A stretch of 64,000 nucleotides of DNA, from the NCBI GenBank assembly GCA_949372805.1, contig CASIBH010000006.1, positions 91,896 to 155,895 of the forward strand, in the 5' to 3' direction. This DNA comes from an uncultured Flavobacteriales bacterium. GTDB taxonomy: Bacteria > Bacteroidota > Bacteroidia > Flavobacteriales > BACL11. Below are positions 54,850-64,000 of the stretch, piece after piece; within the stretch, counting starts at the first letter, position 1; every line of letters begins with the position of its first letter. The notes under the pieces were generated by a model. The model was not told where the DNA came from. It worked only from the letters and a program-made list of their open reading frames with translations, and did not search any database. A program made the position numbers and the translations under genes.

Positions 54850-55821
54850 ATGGCAAGAATATTAACAGGAATACAAAGTACAGGTACGCCACACCTAGGG
54901 AATTTACTTGGCGCTATTATACCTGCAATAAAAATGTCTAAGGATATTTCTAATGAAAGTCTTTTTTTTATCGCTGATCTCCATTCATTTACTACTGTAA
55001 GGGATAAAGAAGTTCTTAAAAAAAACACTTATGCAACAGCTGCTGCTTGGCTTGCATTTGGTTTTGATACAAAAAAAAATTTTTTCTATAGACAATCTGA
55101 TTTAACACAGGTCTGCGAACTTAGTTGGTATTTGAATTGTTTTACTCCCTTTCCTATGCTAGCAAATGCTCATTCTTTTAAAGATAAATCTGATAGATTA
55201 GCAAGTGTTAATTCTGGACTGTTTACCTATCCTGTGTTAATGGCTGCAGATATTCTTCTTTATGACGCTGATATTGTTCCTGTGGGTAAAGATCAGGTGC
55301 AACATCTTGAAATCACAAGAGATATTGCGGGTGCTTTTAATCATGTTTACAAAGATTCTTTTGTAATTCCCTCCACTCAAATTGATGAAAAAGTTATGAT
55401 TGTTCCAGGAATTGATGGGCAAAAGATGAGTAAATCATACAGTAATGTGATTGATATATTCTTACCAGCAAAGAAGTTAAGAAAACAAATTATGTCTATT
55501 AAGACTGATAGTTTGGATGTTGAAAGTCCTAAACGTCCAGCTGATTGTACTATTTTTAAAATTTATTCTTTAATAGCCGATGATTTACAAGTTAAGAGCT
55601 TAGAGAAAAAATATCTTTCTGGTGGTTTTGGATATGGGCATGCTAAACAAGAGCTTTTTGACGTTATTTGTAATAAATTTAAAAAGGAAAGAGATTCTTT
55701 TGAGCATCTTATGAATAATACTAATCTGATAGAAAATGAATTGATGATGGGTGCTGAAAAAGCAAGTGAAATAGCTAATAATGTATTAACAAGGGTGCGA
55801 TCAAATATTGGATACGCATGA
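54850..55821 (+). CDS. trpS: tryptophan--tRNA ligase
   Basis: GIQSTGTPHLGN (HIGH-type) and KMSKS motifs. Length is 323 aa. Confidence 0.95.
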   Translation: MARILTGIQSTGTPHLGNLLGAIIPAIKMSKDISNESLFFIADLHSFTTVRDKEVLKKNTYATAAAWLAFGFDTKKNFFYRQSDLTQVCELSWYLNCFTPFPMLANAHSFKDKSDRLASVNSGLFTYPVLMAADILLYDADIVPVGKDQVQHLEITRDIAGAFNHVYKDSFVIPSTQIDEKVMIVPGIDGQKMSKSYSNVIDIFLPAKKLRKQIMSIKTDSLDVESPKRPADCTIFKIYSLIADDLQVKSLEKKYLSGGFGYGHAKQELFDVICNKFKKERDSFEHLMNNTNLIENELMMGAEKASEIANNVLTRVRSNIGYA

Positions 55822-56243
55822 ACAAGATAGATCCTGAAATTACTGTCTTTCTTTCAAGTCATTTTGTACTATCACTAGCCACTTCAAAAAATAATAAACC
55901 TTACTCTGCTAATTGCTACTATTTATTTAATGAAGATAATCATGAACTAATTTTTTCTTCTGATATTAAAACTAAACATGCACAATATTTCATGCTTAAT
56001 AAACATGTTTCAGCTACGATTTCAGTTCCAAGTAGCGATATTGAGAAAATTCAAGGGGTGCAGATAGTTGGTGAAATTGAACCAATTATAGACAGTGATA
56101 AGGCTTTTTATAATCAGTTGTATATTGATCATTTCCCTATTGCAAAAGATATGAAATTATCTCTTTGGAGTCTTAAGCTTTCTTTTATTAAAATGACAGA
56201 TAACTCTATTAGTTTCGGTCATAAAGTATTTTGGGAAAAGTAG
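55818..56243 (+). CDS. pyridoxamine 5'-phosphate oxidase-like FMN-binding split-barrel protein (YhbP-like)
   Basis: 141 aa with an alternating beta pattern (VLSLATSKNNKPYSANCYYLF ... LIFSSDIKTKH). It overlaps trpS at an ATGA junction. Confidence 0.5.
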   Translation: MNKIDPEITVFLSSHFVLSLATSKNNKPYSANCYYLFNEDNHELIFSSDIKTKHAQYFMLNKHVSATISVPSSDIEKIQGVQIVGEIEPIIDSDKAFYNQLYIDHFPIAKDMKLSLWSLKLSFIKMTDNSISFGHKVFWEK

Positions 56244-57518
56244 TTATTTGTCTTTTCGATATTTTTCAAATAATCGCTTTTGATGATTATCTGTACTTAT
56301 ACTTTTACCTTTAATAAAGATTTGTGTGACATTATTAGATCTAATATCTAAAGCATCTCCTTCAGAAATAAAAAATGTAGCTTCTTTATTTTTCTCAATA
56401 GAACCAATTTTATTATCAACTCCAAGAATTTTTGCTGCATTTAAAGAAATTGACTGAACTGCTGATTCATAGTCAAGCCCATACGCTACAGTAGTTCCTG
56501 CAGTAAAAGGTAAGTTTCTAGCACCCATAGCTTCCATGTCTCCTTCATAACTTAAGCAATATAGAATGCCAAGTTCTTCAAGTTGTTTCGCTTGTAAAAA
56601 TGGAGCGTAAATATTTTCATCTTCATTTTTAGGAAGTCGATGAATTCTATTGAGAATAATTGAAATATTATTTTCTTTTATTTTGTCACTTACTTTTAAT
56701 GCGTCTTCCGCGCCAACCAGAACAACATTTTTAATTTTATATAGTTGGCACACATCAATAGCATCACTAATATCACTAGCATAGTTTGCGTGTACATATA
56801 ATGTTTTAGCTCCATTATAAAGACCTTTCATACTCTCCATTTTAAGATCCATTATATTATTACCTTTAGAGTAAGCTAAAGATTTCTCAAAAATTTGATG
56901 TATTTCTTTTATTGTTTTTTTATACTTTTTATTTTTCTTAGTTTCTCCTTGTTCTGCCCACCATCCAGTATTATAATAAGAAGATGGCCAATGTAAATGT
57001 ATTCCATCATCTTCTCTGCAAACTGCATCTTCCCAATTCCAGCCATTAAGATACATTACAGAGGATTGACCAGAAATTAAACCTCCGTTAGGCGTAACTT
57101 GAGCAAGTAAGACACCGTTTGTTATCACTGTTTCTACTATTTTTGATTGAGGATTGTAGGCAATAATTGATCTGATATTTGGATTCACTTTACCAGTTTC
57201 ATCGAAATCATGAGTCGCTTTAACTTGACCAATTTCAGTGATTCCAAGAGTTGTATTAGGCACGATAAATGATGGATAAACATGCTTGCCGTAAATTTTA
57301 TAGATTGTATCAAAAGCTTCTGGATCAATCCTAATTTTTGATAAATCAGCTACAATATCAAATTTACCATCAACAATTGATATAACAGAATTTGAAATCT
57401 TTTTGCCATTTCCTAGGTGAGCAATTCCACCTATAAACAAACTATTATTCTGACCCATAATGCTGTTTATGGCAAGAGTAATTAATAAAAGTAAAATTGT
57501 AATGTTTTTTTTATTCAT
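56244..57518 (-). CDS. secreted amidohydrolase-superfamily protein lacking the HxH metal signature
   Basis: Signal ...NSIMG|Q. GKHVYPSFIVPNTTLG occupies the position where the family has PGxID-H-x-H. Confidence 0.6.
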   Translation of the reverse strand: MNKKNITILLLLITLAINSIMGQNNSLFIGGIAHLGNGKKISNSVISIVDGKFDIVADLSKIRIDPEAFDTIYKIYGKHVYPSFIVPNTTLGITEIGQVKATHDFDETGKVNPNIRSIIAYNPQSKIVETVITNGVLLAQVTPNGGLISGQSSVMYLNGWNWEDAVCREDDGIHLHWPSSYYNTGWWAEQGETKKNKKYKKTIKEIHQIFEKSLAYSKGNNIMDLKMESMKGLYNGAKTLYVHANYASDISDAIDVCQLYKIKNVVLVGAEDALKVSDKIKENNISIILNRIHRLPKNEDENIYAPFLQAKQLEELGILYCLSYEGDMEAMGARNLPFTAGTTVAYGLDYESAVQSISLNAAKILGVDNKIGSIEKNKEATFFISEGDALDIRSNNVTQIFIKGKSISTDNHQKRLFEKYRKDK

Positions 57519-60468
57519 GATCTAAGGTATCACAGTGATAATGTTTTTCTTTTTCTTTTCTTTTGACTTTAATTTTATTTTTATCTTTCGACTTGCTTAG
57601 CTTTCTAATGATTCTGTTTCGCTCAAGTTTATCTCTATTCTCAATCTCGTTTTTTGAATCAATGTCAAAATAACATCGTCCATCTATAAAAGTTTTTTCA
57701 GCCTTTGCATAAATTGACAGAGGATTGTCTGACCAAACAACTATATCTGCATCTTTTCCAGTCTCAATTGAGCCCATTCTATTATCTAGGTGTAAAAGTT
57801 TAGCTGGATTTAATGTTACCATTTTCCAAGCATCTTCTTCACTTGAACCTCCATATTTTACTGCTTTTGCTGCTTCTTGATTTAAACGTCTTCCCATCTC
57901 TGCATCATCAGAATTTATTGCAGTAATAACTTTAGCATTATTTAAAAGTGAAGCATTGTAAGGAATAGCATCATTTACTTCAAATTTATAAGCCCACCAA
58001 TCAGAGAATGTTGAACCTCCTGCTCCATGCTCATATAATTTGTCAGCTACTTTATATCCCTCTAAAATATGAGTAAATGTATTTACTTTAAAACCCATTG
58101 AGTCAGCTACATGCATCAACATATTTATTTCAGATTCCACATAAGAGTGACATGTAATAAAACGTTTATTATTTAATATCTCAGAAAGAATATTAAGCTC
58201 TAAATCTTCTCTTGGCGGGCTGGTTGCTCGCTTCTTTCTGCTACTAAGTTTATTGTAATTATCCCAATTTTTTTGATAATTTTTTGCTCTATAAAAAGCA
58301 TCATAAAAAACTTGTTCCACACCCATTCTTGTTTGAGGAAATCGTGTTCCTTTCCAATTACTCTGCTTAACATTTTCACCTAATGCAAATTTTATAAAGC
58401 CATCGCTATCCTTTATTTTCATTTCTTCAGCTGTTGCGCCCCATCGTAATTTTATTAAAGCTGATTGACCCCCAATTGGATTTGCAGATCCATGAAGAAG
58501 TTGTGATGATGTCACCCCACCTGCTAATTGTCTATAAATATTATGATCAAAAGGATTAATAACATCTGCTATACTGACTTCTGCTGTTACTGCTTGACTC
58601 GATTCATTTACTCCTGCACTGATGGCAATATGTGAATGTTCATCTATTATGCCTGAAGCAATATGCTTATTGCTAGCATCAATTATTTTTATATTTAAAG
58701 TGTCAGATTTAAAAATATCTCCAACACTTAAAGATTTACCTACAGCTAATATTTTTCCTTTGTAGATTGCAACATCAGAGTTCTTAATAACTCCTAAATT
58801 TGAATTAGTCCATATTGTTGCATTTCTAAAAATTATTTTTTCCTCACTTGGTTTTTCAACTAGTCCATACGACTTATTTGGAGACCAAATGGAAGGTACA
58901 ATAGTATCTAAATTTTGAATAAAATTTTCTTTTTTAGTTACAAAATTTGAATCAAAACTCATGACAAAATTATGGAAATCTCCATTTTCATCTTGGTATT
59001 TACCAATGATGTTTTTTTCATAAATTTTAGAAGAAGATCTGAATTTATTGGTATGACTTATAATGATTTTATTTTTATCAATCTTAGTAATAAAGCTAGA
59101 AGAATCTATTTGATTTATTTTAACCTTAGGTTTGGTTTTTGAGCCAGAAATTTCAACTAAATAATTTTTATATTCATCTGAATTTAGAGAGTAGTACCCT
59201 CTAATATCCTTTTTTATTTTTTCTTTTACAATATGTCTTTCACCTGAAGACCAAGTTTCATAAATTATACCGTCTTCAAAAATATTTGATGAGCAAATAA
59301 TGAAATTTGCAAGTTTATTTTGTTCTAAACTTCCCAGCATGTTTTCTACACCAAGAAGCTGAGCTGGAGTTGATGTTAGAGATTTTAATGCAATGTCTTG
59401 AGGTAAACCTTTCTTAATTGCTAAACGAAGATTGGTGATAAAATCTTTCTTATCAAGCAAGTCTGAAGAAGTAATACAAAACTCGATATTATTATCATTA
59501 AGTATTTTAAGATTATATGGAGCAGTCTCCCATTTTTTTAGATTACTTAAACTTATTTCTTGAGCATCATCAGGATTTGTTACATCGTATGTTTTAGGGA
59601 AATTAATTGGGACAATTAATGGAAATTTAGTTTTTATTATTTCATCAATTATTACAAACTCATCTCCTGAGCCTTTAGCAATAAAATCTATTTCAAATTC
59701 ATCCGAAATTTTATATAATCTTGAATAATTTAAAACAGTTTTAATATCAAAAATCTTAGGTAGTAAATTGGTTTTATTAAAAGAATCAAAAGAAATATTT
59801 GCTTTACGATTATTGTTGCTATACCATTCAGAATCTAAAAGTGTCTGCCTAATTAACGCAATACTACCCATTCTCGATGTTGGGTATCTCTGTTTTGAAG
59901 TCCCTTTACTAAATGAATAGAATGTTGCCCCTTGATTTAAAATAATATTTTCATCTCCTTGCTTATTAGTCAGATTTACCAATGATCCTGTACCTCTAAA
60001 TATACCATCTTGATAATGAGTTAAAACAGAAGTAAATCCATTATTTAAATATTTTTTAGCGTTTTCAGAATCTGAAACAAATATTTTAGCAGTACTAAAT
60101 TCAGGATGAATTGCTTGATTCCAGTGGTACGCATCTTTGTTAGTGTTATTATTATGGTTAATTTTTGACTTGTCAATTCCATAGTCACTAAATAGATCTA
60201 TAAATCCAGGATAAATATAATCTCCTTTAAGGTCATAAACAATAGCTCCTTTAGGAATATTCAAATTACTATCCACGCCTATAATAATATTATCCTTAAT
60301 TAATAAAACCCCATTTTTTATAACTTTATTATATGATGTAAATATGGTGGCATTTGTTAGTGCAAAAACTGGTTTGAATGTTTCTTCAACTCCATCAATA
60401 GGAAATATTTTTTGTGCATCAGCAAAATTGATTAGTAGTAAAAATATTATTGTAATATATATTCTCAT
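57511..60468 (-). CDS. secreted double amidohydrolase-superfamily protein (degenerate N-terminal module, intact C-terminal module)
   Basis: Signal ...NFADA|Q. The N-terminal module has YPGFIDLFSDYG and no HxH. The C-terminal module has SGIIDEHSHIAIS, later His ligands and NSDD. Confidence 0.7.
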   Translation of the reverse strand: MRIYITIIFLLLINFADAQKIFPIDGVEETFKPVFALTNATIFTSYNKVIKNGVLLIKDNIIIGVDSNLNIPKGAIVYDLKGDYIYPGFIDLFSDYGIDKSKINHNNNTNKDAYHWNQAIHPEFSTAKIFVSDSENAKKYLNNGFTSVLTHYQDGIFRGTGSLVNLTNKQGDENIILNQGATFYSFSKGTSKQRYPTSRMGSIALIRQTLLDSEWYSNNNRKANISFDSFNKTNLLPKIFDIKTVLNYSRLYKISDEFEIDFIAKGSGDEFVIIDEIIKTKFPLIVPINFPKTYDVTNPDDAQEISLSNLKKWETAPYNLKILNDNNIEFCITSSDLLDKKDFITNLRLAIKKGLPQDIALKSLTSTPAQLLGVENMLGSLEQNKLANFIICSSNIFEDGIIYETWSSGERHIVKEKIKKDIRGYYSLNSDEYKNYLVEISGSKTKPKVKINQIDSSSFITKIDKNKIIISHTNKFRSSSKIYEKNIIGKYQDENGDFHNFVMSFDSNFVTKKENFIQNLDTIVPSIWSPNKSYGLVEKPSEEKIIFRNATIWTNSNLGVIKNSDVAIYKGKILAVGKSLSVGDIFKSDTLNIKIIDASNKHIASGIIDEHSHIAISAGVNESSQAVTAEVSIADVINPFDHNIYRQLAGGVTSSQLLHGSANPIGGQSALIKLRWGATAEEMKIKDSDGFIKFALGENVKQSNWKGTRFPQTRMGVEQVFYDAFYRAKNYQKNWDNYNKLSSRKKRATSPPREDLELNILSEILNNKRFITCHSYVESEINMLMHVADSMGFKVNTFTHILEGYKVADKLYEHGAGGSTFSDWWAYKFEVNDAIPYNASLLNNAKVITAINSDDAEMGRRLNQEAAKAVKYGGSSEEDAWKMVTLNPAKLLHLDNRMGSIETGKDADIVVWSDNPLSIYAKAEKTFIDGRCYFDIDSKNEIENRDKLERNRIIRKLSKSKDKNKIKVKRKEKEKHYHCDTLDHE

Positions 60469-60558
60469 GTATAATTATAAAGTCGTGAAAATACCAATTT
60501 TTTATTAGTTTTATTTGTTTCTTTGCGCTAAGAAATAATATTAATTTAAATATTTTTT

Positions 60559-60933
60559 ATGAAAACTGAACAATCTAATTTGTTAAATAGTTTAACATTA
60601 ATAACCGTTGGATTATGGGGTTATTTTGATGTTAGTGATTATGATTTATCTGTTATTACCTCATTTGAGCACTGGACCGCTTTAATACCTGTTGTTTTTG
60701 GGTTTGTTTTATTATTGTGTCATAAGGGTGTTAAAAATAATAGTAAATTAGTTGCTCATATTGCTGTTGTCGTGACTTTATTAATTTTCATTGCACTAGT
60801 TGGAAAAAGACTTCCTATTTCTATAGAGCAAGGAGGAGCTGGATTGTTTAGAGTTATTGCAATGAGCTTAACTTCTTTTTTAGCAATGATTACATTTGTA
60901 AAGAGTTTTATTGCCAATAGAAAGAAATCATAA
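60559..60933 (+). CDS. four-helix membrane protein, unknown function
   Basis: 124 aa with four hydrophobic segments and a basic C-terminus. No motif recognised. Confidence 0.5.
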   Translation: MKTEQSNLLNSLTLITVGLWGYFDVSDYDLSVITSFEHWTALIPVVFGFVLLLCHKGVKNNSKLVAHIAVVVTLLIFIALVGKRLPISIEQGGAGLFRVIAMSLTSFLAMITFVKSFIANRKKS

Positions 60934-60952
60934 TTAGTTCAATACATAAACT

Positions 60953-62122
60953 ATGAAGGAGAAAGCAATTTTAATTGGCTTAATCACTCCAGATACTACC
61001 CCTGAAAAGGTTTATGAATATTTAGATGAGTTAGCTTTTTTAGCTAAGACAGCAGGGGCACAACCTATAAGAAATTTCACTCAAAGACTTAAGCATCCTG
61101 ACACTACAACCTTTTTAGGAAAAGGTAAGATTGAAGAGGTTAGAGTTTATGCAGAAGAGGACTGTATTGAATTAATTATTTTTGATGATGACCTTAGCCC
61201 TTCTCAGATAAGAAATATTCAAAAAATATTTGAGAATTGCAAGATTATTGATAGAAGTAATCTGATTCTTGACATTTTCGCTTCACGCGCACAAACTGCC
61301 CAAGCTCGAACACAAGTAGAGCTTGCCCAATATGAATATTTACTTCCCAGACTTACTGGAATGTGGACACATCTTGAGAGACAAAAAGGTGGTATTGGAA
61401 TGAGGGGTCCTGGGGAAACTCAAATTGAATCAGACAGAAGGATAATAAAAGATAAAATTGCTCTTTTAAAGAAAAAGCTTGACAAAATAGATAAACAAAG
61501 TTTTACCAGAAGAAAGGGTAGGGCAGATATGATTAGAGTTGCATTAGTTGGCTATACAAATACAGGTAAATCTACTTTAATGAATAAGCTTGCAAAATCA
61601 GATATTTTTGCAGAAAATAAACTTTTTGCAACGCTGGATACAACTGTGCGAAAAGTAGTAGTTGAAAATTTACCATTTTTATTGTCTGATACTGTTGGTT
61701 TTATCAGAAAATTACCTCACCAGCTAGTTGAATCATTTAAGTCAACATTAGATGAAGTTAGAGAATCAGACTTGCTTATTCATGTTGTGGATATTTCTAA
61801 TCCAAACTTTGAAGATCAAATTAAAATAGTTAATAGTACAATTGCTGAAATTGGAGCAAGTAATAAGCCTATGCTAATTATTTTTAACAAAATTGATGCT
61901 TATACTTATATCCAAAAAGATGATGATGATTTGACTGATGTTTTAAAAGAGAATTTATCTCTGGAAGATTTAAAAAAGTCATGGATGGCGAACCTTGATT
62001 CAGAAAGTTTATTTATTTCAGCACTAAATAAAACAAATTTTGAGCAATTAAGGGAGAGGTTATATTCGAGAGTTAAAGAATTACATATAAAGAGGTATCC
62101 TTATAACAATTTCCTATACTAA
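60953..62122 (+). CDS. hflX: GTPase HflX
   Basis: HflX N-domain plus G1 (GYTNTGKST), G3 (DTVGF) and G4 (NKID) motifs. Confidence 0.92.
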   Translation: MKEKAILIGLITPDTTPEKVYEYLDELAFLAKTAGAQPIRNFTQRLKHPDTTTFLGKGKIEEVRVYAEEDCIELIIFDDDLSPSQIRNIQKIFENCKIIDRSNLILDIFASRAQTAQARTQVELAQYEYLLPRLTGMWTHLERQKGGIGMRGPGETQIESDRRIIKDKIALLKKKLDKIDKQSFTRRKGRADMIRVALVGYTNTGKSTLMNKLAKSDIFAENKLFATLDTTVRKVVVENLPFLLSDTVGFIRKLPHQLVESFKSTLDEVRESDLLIHVVDISNPNFEDQIKIVNSTIAEIGASNKPMLIIFNKIDAYTYIQKDDDDLTDVLKENLSLEDLKKSWMANLDSESLFISALNKTNFEQLRERLYSRVKELHIKRYPYNNFLY

Positions 62123-63939
62123 CTTAAAAGTTGTAAGTCATATAGACTTTTGTAGTGAGGGTTTTGTTCTATTAGATCATTATGCTTTCCCATCGCAATC
62201 ACATTACCTTTTTCAAGTACTATAATTTTATCTGCATCAATAATTGTTGAAAGTCTGTGGGCTATTACAAGCGTTGTTCTATTTTTCATTAATTTTAAAA
62301 TAGCATCTTGAACTAACTTTTCTGATTTAGAATCTAGAGATGAAGTTGCTTCATCTAGAATTAAAATTTCTGGATTTTTAAGAATCGCTCTTGCAATACT
62401 AATTCTCTGCTTTTGACCTCCTGAAAGCTTTTCGCCAAGGTTCCCAATATTAGTTTGATATCCTTTTTCACACTCAACAATAAAATCATGAGCATTTGCA
62501 TTTCTAGCAGCTTCAATTACTTCATTTTCGCTAGCATTTATATTGCCAATTTTTATATTATTAAAAATAGTATCATTAAATAAAATTGATTCTTGGTTGA
62601 CTATTCCCATTAAAGATCTAAGAGATATTATCTTTATTTTTTTAATATTTATTTTATCTATTGTAATTTGACCATTTTCTAAATCATAAAATCTTGCTAA
62701 TAAGTCAGCAATAGTTGATTTCCCGCTTCCTGACTTTCCTACTAAAGCAACTTTTTCTCCTTTTTTAATTGAAAATAAAATATTATTTAGAATCTGTGTA
62801 TTTTCATATTTAAAAAATGGTATGTTAAATTTTATTTCTTCCTCAATTTTATTAATTGTGACAGCATTTTTATCATCAGTAATTGTGTTCTTGGCTTCGA
62901 GCACTTCAAAAACTCTTTCAGAAGCAGCGCTACCTTTTTGAATATAGTAATATGAGCTGGTAAGTGATTTAGCAGGAGGGATGATTTGTGAAAAAATCAG
63001 AATATATGCAATAAACTCTTCTGCAGATAGAGCAGCATCTTGACTTAACACCAGCTGACCCCCAAACCACATTACGATAACCATAACTATTGTGCTTAAA
63101 AATTCACTCATTGGAGAGGCAAGATCTTTTTTTCTTAGAATTGTAGTCATTATATTTTTATAATCATTACTAATCACTTTGAATTTTTTATTAAAGTCTT
63201 GTTCAGCATTAAATGATTTTATAATTTTAATTCCATAAATATTTTCATCAATTAATGACATGATTTCACCCATTTTTGATTGCCCTTTTTTAGAAGCACT
63301 TTTTAAGCTCTTCCCAATGTATCCAATTAGTATTCCTGCAACAGGAAATAAGATAACTACAAAGAGTGTAAGTTCAGGGCTTATAACTATTAATGTAATT
63401 AGAAATATAAATATATTAATAGGGTCTTTAAAAATCATCTCTATTACACCCATTATTGACCATTCAATTTCTACCAAATCTGATGTCATTCTGGATGTTA
63501 AGTCTCCTTTTTTCTGTTCAGTAAAATATGCTAAAGGAAGTGAGATAATTTTCTCTTGAAGCTCCATTCTCATATCGTATATTATACCGTTTCTGATTGG
63601 ACTAAGAAAATATAAAGCAATGTATCTAAATAAATTTTTGAGTAAAAACATTACTAAAACAAGTAAACAAATAAGCATTAAAGCCTCAACTTTTCCCTTA
63701 TCTTCAATTGTAGAAGATACGAGAAAATAAAAATTTTCTTTTATTGATAAAAGTGTGAAATTTAGTTCTTGTGCTTGATAGACTTTTTCTTGTGTGCCAA
63801 AAAGAATTCCAAGAAAAGGAATAACCATTGTTAAAGAAAATAATGAAAATAGAATTGAAAGTATATTGGAGAAAACATTAAATATAACATATGTGGTATA
63901 TGGTTTGATATATTTAAGAATACTAAGCATATTACTCAT
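62119..63939 (-). CDS. ABC transporter permease/ATPase fusion (MsbA-like exporter)
   Basis: Six N-terminal helices, Walker A (GKSGSGKST), signature motif (LSGGQKQR) and Walker B (ILILDEATS). Confidence 0.9.
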   Translation of the reverse strand: MSNMLSILKYIKPYTTYVIFNVFSNILSILFSLFSLTMVIPFLGILFGTQEKVYQAQELNFTLLSIKENFYFLVSSTIEDKGKVEALMLICLLVLVMFLLKNLFRYIALYFLSPIRNGIIYDMRMELQEKIISLPLAYFTEQKKGDLTSRMTSDLVEIEWSIMGVIEMIFKDPINIFIFLITLIVISPELTLFVVILFPVAGILIGYIGKSLKSASKKGQSKMGEIMSLIDENIYGIKIIKSFNAEQDFNKKFKVISNDYKNIMTTILRKKDLASPMSEFLSTIVMVIVMWFGGQLVLSQDAALSAEEFIAYILIFSQIIPPAKSLTSSYYYIQKGSAASERVFEVLEAKNTITDDKNAVTINKIEEEIKFNIPFFKYENTQILNNILFSIKKGEKVALVGKSGSGKSTIADLLARFYDLENGQITIDKINIKKIKIISLRSLMGIVNQESILFNDTIFNNIKIGNINASENEVIEAARNANAHDFIVECEKGYQTNIGNLGEKLSGGQKQRISIARAILKNPEILILDEATSSLDSKSEKLVQDAILKLMKNRTTLVIAHRLSTIIDADKIIVLEKGNVIAMGKHNDLIEQNPHYKSLYDLQLLS

Positions 63940-63943
63940 AAGG

Positions 63944-63951
63944 CAAATATA
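63944..63951 (-). promoter_or_regulatory. putative -7 promoter box TATATTTG, 4 nt from the ATG
   Basis: Exact TAnnTTTG on the minus strand, followed by cctt and then ATG at 63939. Confidence 0.4.
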
Positions 63952-64000
63952 ACAAAGGATTGTTTATTTTTGTTAAATATGGAATCAACAAGACAAAAAA

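Noticed and set aside
45152-63559. ORFs at 45152-45373, 47289-47492, 48290-48505, 54798-55028, 55237-55422 and 63260-63559
   Set aside because: All overlap longer, motif-supported genes on the opposite strand. 45152-45373 and 54798-55028 merely bridge short intergenic gaps.
1-64000. Search for tRNA, rRNA, CRISPR, transposase/integrase, phage or defence-system genes, and for compositionally foreign islands
   Set aside because: None was found by eye. Every ORF above about 100 aa has a housekeeping or envelope-type assignment. Composition and promoter style look uniform, and intergenic space is too small to hide structured RNA genes other than the elements listed.

Overview
This is an AT-rich, extremely gene-dense chromosomal segment. 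It carries the hallmarks of a streamlined member of the Flavobacteriia (Bacteroidota). These are type IX secretion C-terminal domains, a PorP/SprF gene, SprB repeats, exact TAnnTTTG -7 promoter boxes just upstream of start codons, no Shine-Dalgarno sequences, and Gln after every predicted signal-peptidase-I site. I call 57 protein genes. Most are housekeeping (polA, gmk, nadD, cysS, aspS, metG, trpS, gatC, tadA, queD, hflX, plsC-like, rluB-like). There is also a complete aa3-type cytochrome c oxidase block with its assembly genes (12.4-20.4 kb) and a 2160-aa SprB-repeat adhesin with its PorP/SprF partner (23.2-30.7 kb). The most interesting region is a TonB-dependent uptake cluster at 33.8-40.4 kb. 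It combines two lipoproteins with a vitamin-K-carboxylase-like HTTM membrane protein that is translationally coupled to the receptor, plus a DCC thiol oxidoreductase. This cluster is transcribed divergently from an operon encoding a His-rich membrane protein, a response regulator, a histidine kinase and an MsrB-MsrA fusion. Only four intergenic gaps exceed about 150 nt, and many genes overlap by 1-32 nt (ATGA or TAATG junctions). I saw no rRNA, tRNA, CRISPR array, transposase, integrase or phage genes. Start codons were moved from the ORF track where a promoter box, terminator or upstream stop codon argues for a later start. All family calls rest on motifs read by eye and need HMM or BLAST confirmation.
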